DNA of 64,000 nt from an uncultured Bacteroidota bacterium (GTDB lineage Bacteria > Bacteroidota > Ignavibacteria > UBA10030 > UBA6906), in NCBI GenBank assembly GCA_963700635.1, contig CAVOYH010000003.1, forward strand, positions 768,001-832,000, in the 5' to 3' direction. Each line of letters starts with the position of its first letter. Within the stretch, counting starts at the first letter, position 1. A model generated the notes under the pieces. It was not told where the DNA came from. It made no database searches and worked only from the letters and a program-made list of their open reading frames with translations. A program made the position numbers and the translations under genes. Positions 8,822 through 17,738 of the stretch are shown here, piece by piece.

Positions 8822-10702
8822 ATGTTTCACGTGAAACATCACTATGACGTCATTGTGGTGGGGGGAGGGCACGCTGGCGTTGAGGCTGCTCTGGCATCAG
8901 CGCGTATGGGATGTCGTACGGCACTCCTGACGATGGATCCAGCGGCGATGGGGAGAATGTCGTGTAACCCTGCCATAGGCGGGAGTGCCAAGGGGCACCT
9001 GGTACGCGAAATTGATGCTCTGGGTGGTGAAATGGGGAAGATTGCTGATGCGACGGGGATACACTTCCGAATGCTCAATACGTCGAAAGGTCCCGCTGTC
9101 TGGTCCCCGCGATCTCAAAATGACCGTGAATGGTACAGTCGCGAAGCACTCCGCCGTGTGAGCCTGCAAAAAGACCTTGACATCATAACGGGAACACTCT
9201 CTGATCTGTTTATTGAGAGCGGCTCCGTGCGTGGAGTACGTATCAACACGGACGAGAAAGTCCGGTGCTCATGCCTCATTCTCTGCAGCGGGACGTTCCT
9301 AAACGGTATCATGCATACGGGCAAGGATACAACCGCGGGAGGGCGGTACGCTGAGCCCTCGTCGTTAGGGTTGACAGAAAAGTTCGCCAGCCTGGGCTTC
9401 GTAGCCGGGCGCCTCAAGACCGGCACGCCACCCCGGCTTGACATCCACTCGGTTGATTTTGAAGAAACAGAAATTCAGCATCCGGATGAGAATCCGACAC
9501 CATTCTCGTTCCAGAATTTGAAGATCCAGAATCGTCAGATCCCTATGTACCTGACGCATACAAACTCTAACACGCACGATCTTCTCAGGACCGGATTTGA
9601 TGAATCACCCCTCTTTAGTGGAAGGATAAAAGGGATCGGCCCGCGATACTGTCCTTCTATTGAAGACAAGATAAGCCGGTTTGCGGATCGGCCGAGGCAC
9701 CAGATCTTTCTGGAACCCGAAGGGTATGAATCATCTCTTGTGTACGTTAACGGTTTTTCTTCCAGCCTCCCCGCCCACATTCAGGAAAGTTCCCTGCGAA
9801 CAATTCCGGGGCTCAAACGGGCGAAGATGATCCGTCCGGGTTACGCCGTGGAGTACGATTTTTTTCCTCCGCATCAGGTTCACCATACGCTTGAGACAAA
9901 ACTTGTTCGAGGCTTGTTCTTCGCCGGACAGATAAACGGGACAAGTGGATATGAGGAAGCCGCAGGTCAGGGGATTATTGCCGGGATCAATGCGGCGCGG
10001 CGTGTCAGAGAGGAGCCGCCGTTTGTTCTGGACCGGAGTGAAGCGTATATCGGCGTCATGATTGATGACCTCATCAACAGGAGTACGGACGAGCCGTATC
10101 GTATGTTCACCTCTCGCGCGGAATATCGCCTGGCTCTCCGGCAGGACAACGCTGACAGCCGGTTGATGAGAAAAGGGGGAGAGCTGGGGCTGATTCCCGA
10201 GAAGGCAATACGGCGTCTGGATGAAAAAGAGTCGCGAGTGAGATCGGCCTGGAAGGCGCTGAACACTATGCGTCTGTCCGGAAGGGAATTACGCGAGGCC
10301 TTTGACGGAAAGTGGTCCGGTCCGGTCCCGGAAAGTGAAACCCTTTCCGGGATACTCAGGAGACCCGAGTTCACGCTGGCGGAAATACTCCGCATACCCC
10401 GCGTACGGGATAACGCGACCCTCACCGTGCTGGATCAGGATCGGGATGCCGGATTGCAGCTTGAGACTGAAGTGAAGTACGAGGGCTATGTTCGCCGGCA
10501 GAATGAACAGATCCGGAAATTCAAATCCAGCGAGGCGAAGGGGATTCCGGAGAACCTGGACTACACGCAGATTCGATCGCTGAGTAATGAAGGGAGGGAG
10601 AAGCTCATAAAGGTGAGACCTGTCTCCCTGGGCCAGGCCATGCGTATCAGCGGCGTTACACCTGCCGATGTGTCGGTGCTCATGATTACCCTGATGAGGT
10701 GA
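8822..10702 (+). CDS. mnmG: tRNA uridine-5-carboxymethylaminomethyl(34) synthesis enzyme MnmG (GidA)
   Basis: YDVIVVGGGHAG, MSCNPAIGG, GPRYCPSIEDK, GQINGTSGYEEAA, YRMFTSRAEYRL. Confidence 0.98.
   Translation: MFHVKHHYDVIVVGGGHAGVEAALASARMGCRTALLTMDPAAMGRMSCNPAIGGSAKGHLVREIDALGGEMGKIADATGIHFRMLNTSKGPAVWSPRSQNDREWYSREALRRVSLQKDLDIITGTLSDLFIESGSVRGVRINTDEKVRCSCLILCSGTFLNGIMHTGKDTTAGGRYAEPSSLGLTEKFASLGFVAGRLKTGTPPRLDIHSVDFEETEIQHPDENPTPFSFQNLKIQNRQIPMYLTHTNSNTHDLLRTGFDESPLFSGRIKGIGPRYCPSIEDKISRFADRPRHQIFLEPEGYESSLVYVNGFSSSLPAHIQESSLRTIPGLKRAKMIRPGYAVEYDFFPPHQVHHTLETKLVRGLFFAGQINGTSGYEEAAGQGIIAGINAARRVREEPPFVLDRSEAYIGVMIDDLINRSTDEPYRMFTSRAEYRLALRQDNADSRLMRKGGELGLIPEKAIRRLDEKESRVRSAWKALNTMRLSGRELREAFDGKWSGPVPESETLSGILRRPEFTLAEILRIPRVRDNATLTVLDQDRDAGLQLETEVKYEGYVRRQNEQIRKFKSSEAKGIPENLDYTQIRSLSNEGREKLIKVRPVSLGQAMRISGVTPADVSVLMITLMR
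8823..8838. promoter_or_regulatory. parS centromere-like site
   Basis: Perfect TGTTTCACGTGAAACA palindrome (canonical ParB/Spo0J site) ~6 kb from oriC. Confidence 0.9.
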
Positions 10703-11424
10703 TGTTTCACGTGAAACATTTTCCGGATGTGCCGGTCGTCTGCCGGCGGCATGGACTTGATCTGAGCGTCTCCCAGCAGGAGATGCTGGAGATGTACGTG
10801 GCGGCACTTCTGGAGTGGAATAAGAAGATCAATCTTATCAGCCGGAAGGACGAAGAGAACGTCTGGGCCGGTCACATCCTTCACTCCCTGTCTCTGCTGT
10901 TCCGGGTACGTTTTCCGGATAGGTTGCGTGTGCTTGATCTGGGGTCGGGGGGAGGGCTTCCGGGGATCCCTCTTGCCATCGTACGCAGCGGCTGGTCTGT
11001 GGTGTTGATGGACTCGATACAGAAGAAGTGTACTGCTGTGGAAGAGATCGTGAATCGTCTTGGCTTGTCGGAGAGAATCAAGGTTGTTTGCAGCAGGGCT
11101 GAAGAGAAGGGGACGGTGGCGAGCATGCGCGGGGGGTATGATCTTGTGCTTGCCCGCGGTGTTGCTCCGATGATTCAGCTGGTGCGGTGGGCGAAGCCAT
11201 ACGTGAGGAAGGTAAAAGGATCAGGAGTGGTTGAAGACACGGTGGGGATGTTCACCGTCACGCCGCCCGTGCTGGTTGCGTATAAAGGCGGGAGTGTGGA
11301 CGGGGAGATCCGGGAGCTGAAGATCAAGGCAGGTGTGGACGTGGCTGCAGTCGTGCCGTTGATTTTTGGAGGGAGCGAAGACACAGGGCTGGTTGAGAAA
11401 AAAATCATCATCGTCAGCCCCTAA
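10702..11424 (+). CDS. rsmG: 16S rRNA m7G527 methyltransferase RsmG (GidB)
   Basis: LLEWNKKINLISR, HILHSL, LDLGSGGGLPGIPLAI, RAEE; TGATG overlap with mnmG. Confidence 0.95.
   Translation: MFHVKHFPDVPVVCRRHGLDLSVSQQEMLEMYVAALLEWNKKINLISRKDEENVWAGHILHSLSLLFRVRFPDRLRVLDLGSGGGLPGIPLAIVRSGWSVVLMDSIQKKCTAVEEIVNRLGLSERIKVVCSRAEEKGTVASMRGGYDLVLARGVAPMIQLVRWAKPYVRKVKGSGVVEDTVGMFTVTPPVLVAYKGGSVDGEIRELKIKAGVDVAAVVPLIFGGSEDTGLVEKKIIIVSP
10703..10718. promoter_or_regulatory. parS centromere-like site
   Basis: Second perfect TGTTTCACGTGAAACA palindrome. Confidence 0.9.
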
Positions 11425-11450
11425 TCAACTCTTATAACCGTTATTGGACT

Positions 11451-12377
11451 ATGCCCAAAGAACTTTCCGAATCCCTCGCCCGCCTGCTTACCGAGCAGCG
11501 GAATCCGGCGTCGATGACCATGGACCGCATGACGACAGAAGAGATTCTCCGTCTGATCAATGCCGAAGACAAACAGGTCCCTCTCGCCGTCGAAAAAGAA
11601 ATTCCCTTCATAATCAGAGCGGTCGACCTCATTGTGGATTCATTTCACAAAGGCGGCCGCCTGCTCTACTTCGGGGCCGGAACCTCCGGCCGGCTCGGCG
11701 TTGTGGATGCATCGGAATGTCCCCCCACCTTTGGCAGCGAACCCGGTCTCGTAGTGGGCGTTATCGCCGGTGGTAATGCCGCCATGTTTAAGGCACAGGA
11801 AGGAGCGGAAGACAGTCCGGACCAGGCGCGACGTGACGTTGAAGCAAACAACGTCTCCGCCATCGACACTGTCTGCGGTATTGCCGCAAGCCGACGGACA
11901 CCCTATGTTGTTGCTGCTGTAACCCGTGCCCGGGAGCTGGGGGCCAGAACTATCTATATCACCACCAATCCCCGTTCCGAATTTGACATCGACGTGGATG
12001 TGGCGATCTGTCCGGAAGTGGGTCCGGAGGTGCTTATGGGTTCCACCCGCATGAAATCGGGGACGGCCCAGAAGCTCGTGCTCAACATGCTCACCACCAC
12101 GGCCATGGTCCGGCTGGGAAAAGTGTATGAGAATATGATGGTAGACCTCCAGCTTACAAATCAGAAACTTGTCGAACGCTCGAAACGGATTGTGATGATG
12201 GCCACCGGAGTGGACTACGAAGGAGCGGCTGAAGTGCTCGGCCGGTCCAACGGGCATGTAAAAAGTGCCATCGTGATGATCAAGGCGAAGGTGTCCTTTG
12301 AGGAGGCCCGCCGCCGCATTGAAGCCGCCGGAGGATTTGTTCGCGTGGCAATCGGTGATACCCAGAATCATTCCTGA
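11451..12377 (+). CDS. murQ: N-acetylmuramic acid 6-phosphate etherase
   Basis: TEQRNP, GAGTSGRLGVVDASECPPTFG, EGAED, GSTRMKSGTAQKLVLNM. Confidence 0.96.
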   Translation: MPKELSESLARLLTEQRNPASMTMDRMTTEEILRLINAEDKQVPLAVEKEIPFIIRAVDLIVDSFHKGGRLLYFGAGTSGRLGVVDASECPPTFGSEPGLVVGVIAGGNAAMFKAQEGAEDSPDQARRDVEANNVSAIDTVCGIAASRRTPYVVAAVTRARELGARTIYITTNPRSEFDIDVDVAICPEVGPEVLMGSTRMKSGTAQKLVLNMLTTTAMVRLGKVYENMMVDLQLTNQKLVERSKRIVMMATGVDYEGAAEVLGRSNGHVKSAIVMIKAKVSFEEARRRIEAAGGFVRVAIGDTQNHS

Positions 12378-12388
12378 CGTACGGGCGT

Positions 12389-15300
12389 ATGGCTCCCCTG
12401 CTTCCACACCTTCTTGATGGTACTCCCCTCGCCGAGCACGTGAACAATGCCGTTGACGCTCTGGAGCCGGGGAAATCCGGATCTGTTTCGGGCGTCTCCG
12501 GATCACTTGTTGCGCTTCTGCTCGCGTCTCTTCACAGGCACACCGGCCGCCAACTGTTTGTGCTGATGCCGGCAAAAGATCAAGCTATCCGTATGGCCGA
12601 CGATCTGAATGTGCTTTCCGCTGGCGAGCCGGTGCGTTTGTTTCTCGGGCGGGAGGAAACAGAAGCGGTGCTCACCGAGAGAAGCCGGGAGCTGAACGAT
12701 GTTCACACGCTCCGCATACTCACCTCCGGGCAGGCGGCCTTTGTTGTCACGCATGCACAGGGAGTGTTGTTCCGTCTTCCTGTCCCGGAGACCGTGCGCA
12801 CCCGGGCGTGTACGCTTGAGGTCGGGAGCCAGGCGGGGTTTGAGGAGACGCTTCGTGAACTTGACCGGTTCCGGTTTGACAGGACGGACATTGTTGAAAA
12901 GCCCGGGGAGTATGCGGTGCGGGGCGGGATCATTGACGTGTTCCCGTTTGTTGGGGAGAATCCGTTGCGCATTGAGTTTTTTGAGGACGAGGTGGAGTCC
13001 ATCAGGGAGTTTGATGTGATCTCACAGCGTTCTATCAGGGGTCTGTCCGCGGCGTTACTTGTTCCCGACATTCTGGCGGCGGAGGAGGTGGGGGATCTGC
13101 CGGAGGGGATGGTGCTGGACTATCTTGCCGATGGAGCGGTCCTTGTATCTGTGGATCCGTTATTGCACGAGGAGGTGTTCCAGCGCTTGGCACATTCGGC
13201 GGCGGCCGCCTCACGCTACCACACCCGTGAGCGCCTCAACGAACTTTCGTCTCTTTTCCCCCAGCTGCAGATAACCGGGTTGCGTCCACCCGGACCGGTC
13301 TTTGATGCGGGCGCACGCAGCCAGCCGGCATTTAACGGCAGCATGCAGATGATGGCGCGGGACCTCGCACAACGCCAGGCTGAAGGGTATCGCCTCATTC
13401 TTACCTGCGACAGTCAGTCTGAAATGAACCGGGTGCGGGAGCTCCTCACGACAGCCGCCACCGGACTCGAGGACAGTCCACCGCTGGATACCGCCCGCAT
13501 AGAGTTCTCACTCGAAGCCCTCCACGAAGGATTTGTTCTTTCCGAACCCCGTATTGCACTCTATACCGAACACCAGGCGTTCAGCAGGATCAAGCGTCAT
13601 GGCAAACGGCATCGCCCCCGGTTCAAGGGGATATCCGAAAAGGAAATGCAGCAGCTCCGGAAGGGCGACTACGTTGTGCATGAGGACTTTGGCATCGGCA
13701 AGTTCGCGGGGCTTCGCACGATCCGGGTCCGGGAAGTGGAAATGGAAGTCGCCTCCGTGATCTATGCCGAACAGGACACGCTGTTCGTGAATATCAATTT
13801 TGTCAACAAGCTCCAGAAATATTCCTCAAAGGACGGCCATGTACCGGTACTCCACCGACTGGGCAGCGGCGAATGGGACCGGCTCAAGGCCAGAACAAAA
13901 AAACGGGTCAAAGACATAGCCCGTGACCTCATCGCGCTCTACGCGCGGCGGAAGCATCTCGAAGGATATGCGTATTCTCATGATACACCCTGGCAACAGG
14001 AGCTTGAGGCGTCGTTCCCGTATGAAGACACCTTCGACCAGGCAAAAGCCACCGTTGATGTAAAGCGGGACATGGAATCCTCCTCCCCCATGGATCGTCT
14101 GATATGCGGTGACGTAGGATTCGGGAAGACCGAAGTCGCTGTCCGTGCCGCCTTTAAAGCCGTGCTTGCAGGAAAACAGGTCGGCATCCTGGTGCCTACC
14201 ACCATTCTGGCACTCCAGCATCATAACACTTTCCGTGACCGGCTTGATCGATACGGAGTAACGGTGGATGCGCTCTCCCGCTTTAAAACCAAAAAAGAAC
14301 AGGAAGCCATTCTCGCACGGCTGCGTGAAGGTACGCTGGACATTGTTCTGGGGACGCACCGCCTTCTTTCGAAGGACGTTGTGTTCAAGAATCTGGGTCT
14401 GCTGATCATTGACGAAGAGCATCGTTTTGGCGTAACGGCCAAGGAGAAGCTTCGCCAGCTGCGCACGCAGATTGATACACTGGCCCTGACTGCCACCCCG
14501 ATCCCGCGCACGCTGCATTTCTCCCTGCTGGGCGCGCGCGATCTCTCTATAATAGCCACGGCACCGCGGAATCGCCTGCCCATTCAAACGGAGATTCTCC
14601 AATGGAACGACGACAGGATCCGGGATGCGGTCAGGAGAGAGATCCAGCGGGGCGGACAGATCTACTTTGTCCATGATCGGATCCAGACCATGGAGGATGT
14701 TGCCGCACGCCTGCAGACCATCCTTCCCGATGTGCGGATGCGCACGGCGCACGGACAGATGGCCGCACATGAACTGGAAGAAGTAATGCTCCTTTTCCTC
14801 GAGAAGAAGATAGATCTTCTCATCTCAACGAAGATCATCGAGTCGGGGCTGGACATCCCCAATGTCAACACCATCTTCATCAACAGGGCCGATCATTTTG
14901 GAATGGCTGAGTTGTATCAGCTCCGTGGCCGGGTGGGTCGCTCCAACACCCAGGCGTACGCATATCTTCTCACGCCCCCACCTTCGGTGCTGGGAAAGAC
15001 CACCCTGCAGCGTCTGCAGGCCCTGCAAGAGTTTACAGAGCTCGGGTCCGGACTGAATCTGGCGATGCGCGATCTGGAAATCCGCGGCGCCGGCAACCTT
15101 CTGGGAAGCGAACAGAGCGGATTTATCGAGATGATGGGATTTGAAACGTACACACGGCTTCTGGATGAGGCGGTGCATGAACTCAAACAGGAGGAATTCG
15201 GCGACCTCTTTCCGGATGTTTCGAACCAGGCCGGAAGACCCCGGGATGTTCTGGTGGAGGCGGAAATCGAGGCCTTTATCCCCGGTGTGTACATTTCCAA

Positions 15301-15742
15301 TGAGGCCGAACGGCTGACGATCTACCGACGGCTCTACGCGCTGTCGAGCCGTGAGCAACTCGAAGAAATCGGCAACGAACTCCGCGACAGGTTTGGCCGT
15401 ATCCCAGCTCAGGTAGAAGCTCTGTTTGGACTTATGCGTATGAAACTGCTGGCATCAGCCATCGGACTTCCCAAACTACATCTGGATATGGTTCAGCTGG
15501 AGGTTCATTTTCCGCCGCAGACCGATACGGATTTCTATGAAAGTGAAGGGTTCCAGCGTATTATGACCACGATTTCGCAAAAAAGGTCAGCAGGCGTACG
15601 TTTGATTCAGACTGAAACCCTCCTCAAAGCCATTGTTCCCTTTCAGGGGACCCAGGACACCGCGTCCGCCATATCCACCGCAACCGGCTTCCTTGACGAC
15701 CTCGCCAGAACACTCGAAAGTTCTTCCCCCTCGAGTGGGTAA
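12389..15742 (+). CDS. mfd: Transcription-repair coupling factor
   Basis: GDYVVHEDFGIG, MDRLICGDVGFGKTEVA, DEEHRFGV, TATPIPRTL, QLRGRVGRS, DLEIRGAGNLLG. Confidence 0.97.
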   Translation: MAPLLPHLLDGTPLAEHVNNAVDALEPGKSGSVSGVSGSLVALLLASLHRHTGRQLFVLMPAKDQAIRMADDLNVLSAGEPVRLFLGREETEAVLTERSRELNDVHTLRILTSGQAAFVVTHAQGVLFRLPVPETVRTRACTLEVGSQAGFEETLRELDRFRFDRTDIVEKPGEYAVRGGIIDVFPFVGENPLRIEFFEDEVESIREFDVISQRSIRGLSAALLVPDILAAEEVGDLPEGMVLDYLADGAVLVSVDPLLHEEVFQRLAHSAAAASRYHTRERLNELSSLFPQLQITGLRPPGPVFDAGARSQPAFNGSMQMMARDLAQRQAEGYRLILTCDSQSEMNRVRELLTTAATGLEDSPPLDTARIEFSLEALHEGFVLSEPRIALYTEHQAFSRIKRHGKRHRPRFKGISEKEMQQLRKGDYVVHEDFGIGKFAGLRTIRVREVEMEVASVIYAEQDTLFVNINFVNKLQKYSSKDGHVPVLHRLGSGEWDRLKARTKKRVKDIARDLIALYARRKHLEGYAYSHDTPWQQELEASFPYEDTFDQAKATVDVKRDMESSSPMDRLICGDVGFGKTEVAVRAAFKAVLAGKQVGILVPTTILALQHHNTFRDRLDRYGVTVDALSRFKTKKEQEAILARLREGTLDIVLGTHRLLSKDVVFKNLGLLIIDEEHRFGVTAKEKLRQLRTQIDTLALTATPIPRTLHFSLLGARDLSIIATAPRNRLPIQTEILQWNDDRIRDAVRREIQRGGQIYFVHDRIQTMEDVAARLQTILPDVRMRTAHGQMAAHELEEVMLLFLEKKIDLLISTKIIESGLDIPNVNTIFINRADHFGMAELYQLRGRVGRSNTQAYAYLLTPPPSVLGKTTLQRLQALQEFTELGSGLNLAMRDLEIRGAGNLLGSEQSGFIEMMGFETYTRLLDEAVHELKQEEFGDLFPDVSNQAGRPRDVLVEAEIEAFIPGVYISNEAERLTIYRRLYALSSREQLEEIGNELRDRFGRIPAQVEALFGLMRMKLLASAIGLPKLHLDMVQLEVHFPPQTDTDFYESEGFQRIMTTISQKRSAGVRLIQTETLLKAIVPFQGTQDTASAISTATGFLDDLARTLESSSPSSG

Positions 15743-15822
15743 TTCGGCCGGGGTTAGCGTACTCTTCCTCTCCTGAGTTTTTCAGAATCCTCAAAAACAG
15801 CCCGTATCGGAGTATCCCTTAC

Positions 15823-15888
15823 TTGACTTTCAAACTCAAATGCGTATCTTACGGGCGTATCGTGGGTAAAAGTGGGTAACCGGTGGGG
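15823..15888 (+). promoter_or_regulatory. dcw (mra) promoter with MraZ-binding GTGGG repeats
   Basis: TTGACT-16 bp-TATCTT followed by GTGGG at 15862, 15872, 15883 (10-11 bp period), matching known MraZ operator architecture. Confidence 0.75.
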
Positions 15889-15909
15889 AACAACACCAAG
15901 GGGAATACC

Positions 15910-16353
15910 GTGTCTTCCTTTAAGGGTTCATACGCGTACTCGGTTGACAACAAGGGCCGGATCAATATTCCTGCCCGCCTGCGGAAATATGTTTCACCGG
16001 AGGCGAATGATACATTCGTTATCACCCGCGGGTACGAACAATGTCTGTTTGTCTATCCGCTGGACGAGTGGAATACGCTGGAGTCAAGTATTCGTCAATT
16101 GTCCCCAACCAATTCCCGGCATCGTTTCTTCATGCGTACACTGCTCGAGCGTGCAACCGAGTCACAGCTGGACGGACAATTCAGGATTTCCATTCCGAAG
16201 GAGCTACTCCAATTTGCGCACATCGAGAACGAGGTACTGATCATTGGCGTGCTCGAGCATATAGAAATATGGAACCCGGGTATCTATGAGCAGTACGTGA
16301 AAACACAATCCGAGAGCTACGAAACTGTAGCACAAACCGTTTTGCAAAAATAA
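15910..16353 (+). CDS. mraZ: Division/cell wall cluster transcriptional repressor MraZ
   Basis: FKGSYAYSVDNKGRINIPA, LDGQFRISIP, IEIW; GTG start at 15910. Confidence 0.96.
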   Translation: MSSFKGSYAYSVDNKGRINIPARLRKYVSPEANDTFVITRGYEQCLFVYPLDEWNTLESSIRQLSPTNSRHRFFMRTLLERATESQLDGQFRISIPKELLQFAHIENEVLIIGVLEHIEIWNPGIYEQYVKTQSESYETVAQTVLQK

Positions 16354-16357
16354 TCTC

Positions 16358-17302
16358 TTGACCTCGCCGGACTATCACATCCCTGTCCTGTGCCAGGACG
16401 CAGTGGATGTCCTGATGAGCGAGACCGGCGGACTGTATGTTGATGGCACGGTCGGTGGCGGCGGCCATGCGGAGGAGATTTGTAAACGCCTCCGTGGACC
16501 CGGCCGGTTACTCTGTCTTGATGCCGATGATGAAGCGCTGACGTCTGCCCGCACACGTCTGGCATCGTTCGCGGAGCGGACATTATTTGTTCAGTCAAAC
16601 TTCCGGCTCCTCGGCACGGCGGTCTCGGAGGCAGGCTGGACGCACATCCATGGCCTGATACTCGATCTCGGTGTATCATCGCATCAGCTGGACGAGCCCG
16701 GACGGGGTTTCGCATTTCGAAACGATGAACGGCTGGATATGCGGATGGACCGGCGCCAGGGGCTCACTGCGTGGGACCTGGTGAATTTACGCGATGAGCG
16801 GGAACTGGCACAGCTGTTCTGGGAGTATGGTGAGGAACGACAGGCGCGACGGATTGCGCGCCGTCTGGTCGCACGGCGGCCCGTGGACACGACGGGCGCG
16901 TTACGTGACGTTGTTGCGTCCGCTGTCGGAGGACAGCATCTTACAAAATCACTTGCCCGTATTTTTCAGGCATTGCGCATTGCGGTCAATGGCGAACTCG
17001 ACAGCCTCCGATCGGTGCTTGGTGACGCACTTGACATGCTTGTCCCGGGCGGCCGTATCGTCGTTATTGCATACCACTCGCTGGAAGACCGGATTGTCAA
17101 AGAATTCTTCCGGTCCGAGTCTACTGTAACGATACGTCGGAATATTCCTTTGCTTCCCGGTCAGGAACCGGTACCCCGGCTTCGGATCCTGACACGAAAA
17201 CCCATCGTACCGTCTGCGGAAGAGACGGTACACAACCCGAGAGCGCGCAGCGCAAAACTGCGTGCGGCGGAACGTCGTGATGTGGGATCGCAGCACACAT
17301 AA
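16358..17302 (+). CDS. rsmH: 16S rRNA m4C1402 methyltransferase RsmH
   Basis: HIPVL, VDGTVGGGGHA, DLGVSSHQLD, YHSLEDRIVK, NPRARSAKLR. Confidence 0.97.
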   Translation: MTSPDYHIPVLCQDAVDVLMSETGGLYVDGTVGGGGHAEEICKRLRGPGRLLCLDADDEALTSARTRLASFAERTLFVQSNFRLLGTAVSEAGWTHIHGLILDLGVSSHQLDEPGRGFAFRNDERLDMRMDRRQGLTAWDLVNLRDERELAQLFWEYGEERQARRIARRLVARRPVDTTGALRDVVASAVGGQHLTKSLARIFQALRIAVNGELDSLRSVLGDALDMLVPGGRIVVIAYHSLEDRIVKEFFRSESTVTIRRNIPLLPGQEPVPRLRILTRKPIVPSAEETVHNPRARSAKLRAAERRDVGSQHT

Positions 17303-17738
17303 GAGTACCGAGTTGCCGCCGGAGAAAACGGCACAGCGCGAGAACCGGTACATTTTTAACGGCGACCGGCAACAAACCGTCACCGGGTACGCCGTGCGAC
17401 AGTCCCGGCGTCCGACACGGCGGCGATACTCTACGTTCAACATGATCATTGCGCTTTTTGCCATCGGCATTCTCGTGGTGTTGTACATCAACAACACCAT
17501 CGCGGTTAATGAACTGCTGGGGGAAATTAACACCCTGCAGGGAAAGTATCAGCGCCAGAACGACATGAATGCAACGCTCCAGGCGGAAGTGAACAGAAAG
17601 TCTTCCCTCGAACGGATCGGACGCATCGCCGTCGTACAACTCGGGATGCAGTATCCCCAATCTCAGCCGCTATGGTTTACTATTTCCCGGGAGCTCCGCG
17701 AGCGTGCAGCGGAAGCGCGAAAGGAGTTCCCTGAATGA
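17280..17738 (+). CDS. ftsL: FtsL-like cell division protein
   Basis: Between rsmH and ftsI; single TM followed by coiled coil, SLERIGRIA..LGM motif. Confidence 0.7.
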   Translation: MWDRSTHKSTELPPEKTAQRENRYIFNGDRQQTVTGYAVRQSRRPTRRRYSTFNMIIALFAIGILVVLYINNTIAVNELLGEINTLQGKYQRQNDMNATLQAEVNRKSSLERIGRIAVVQLGMQYPQSQPLWFTISRELRERAAEARKEFPE

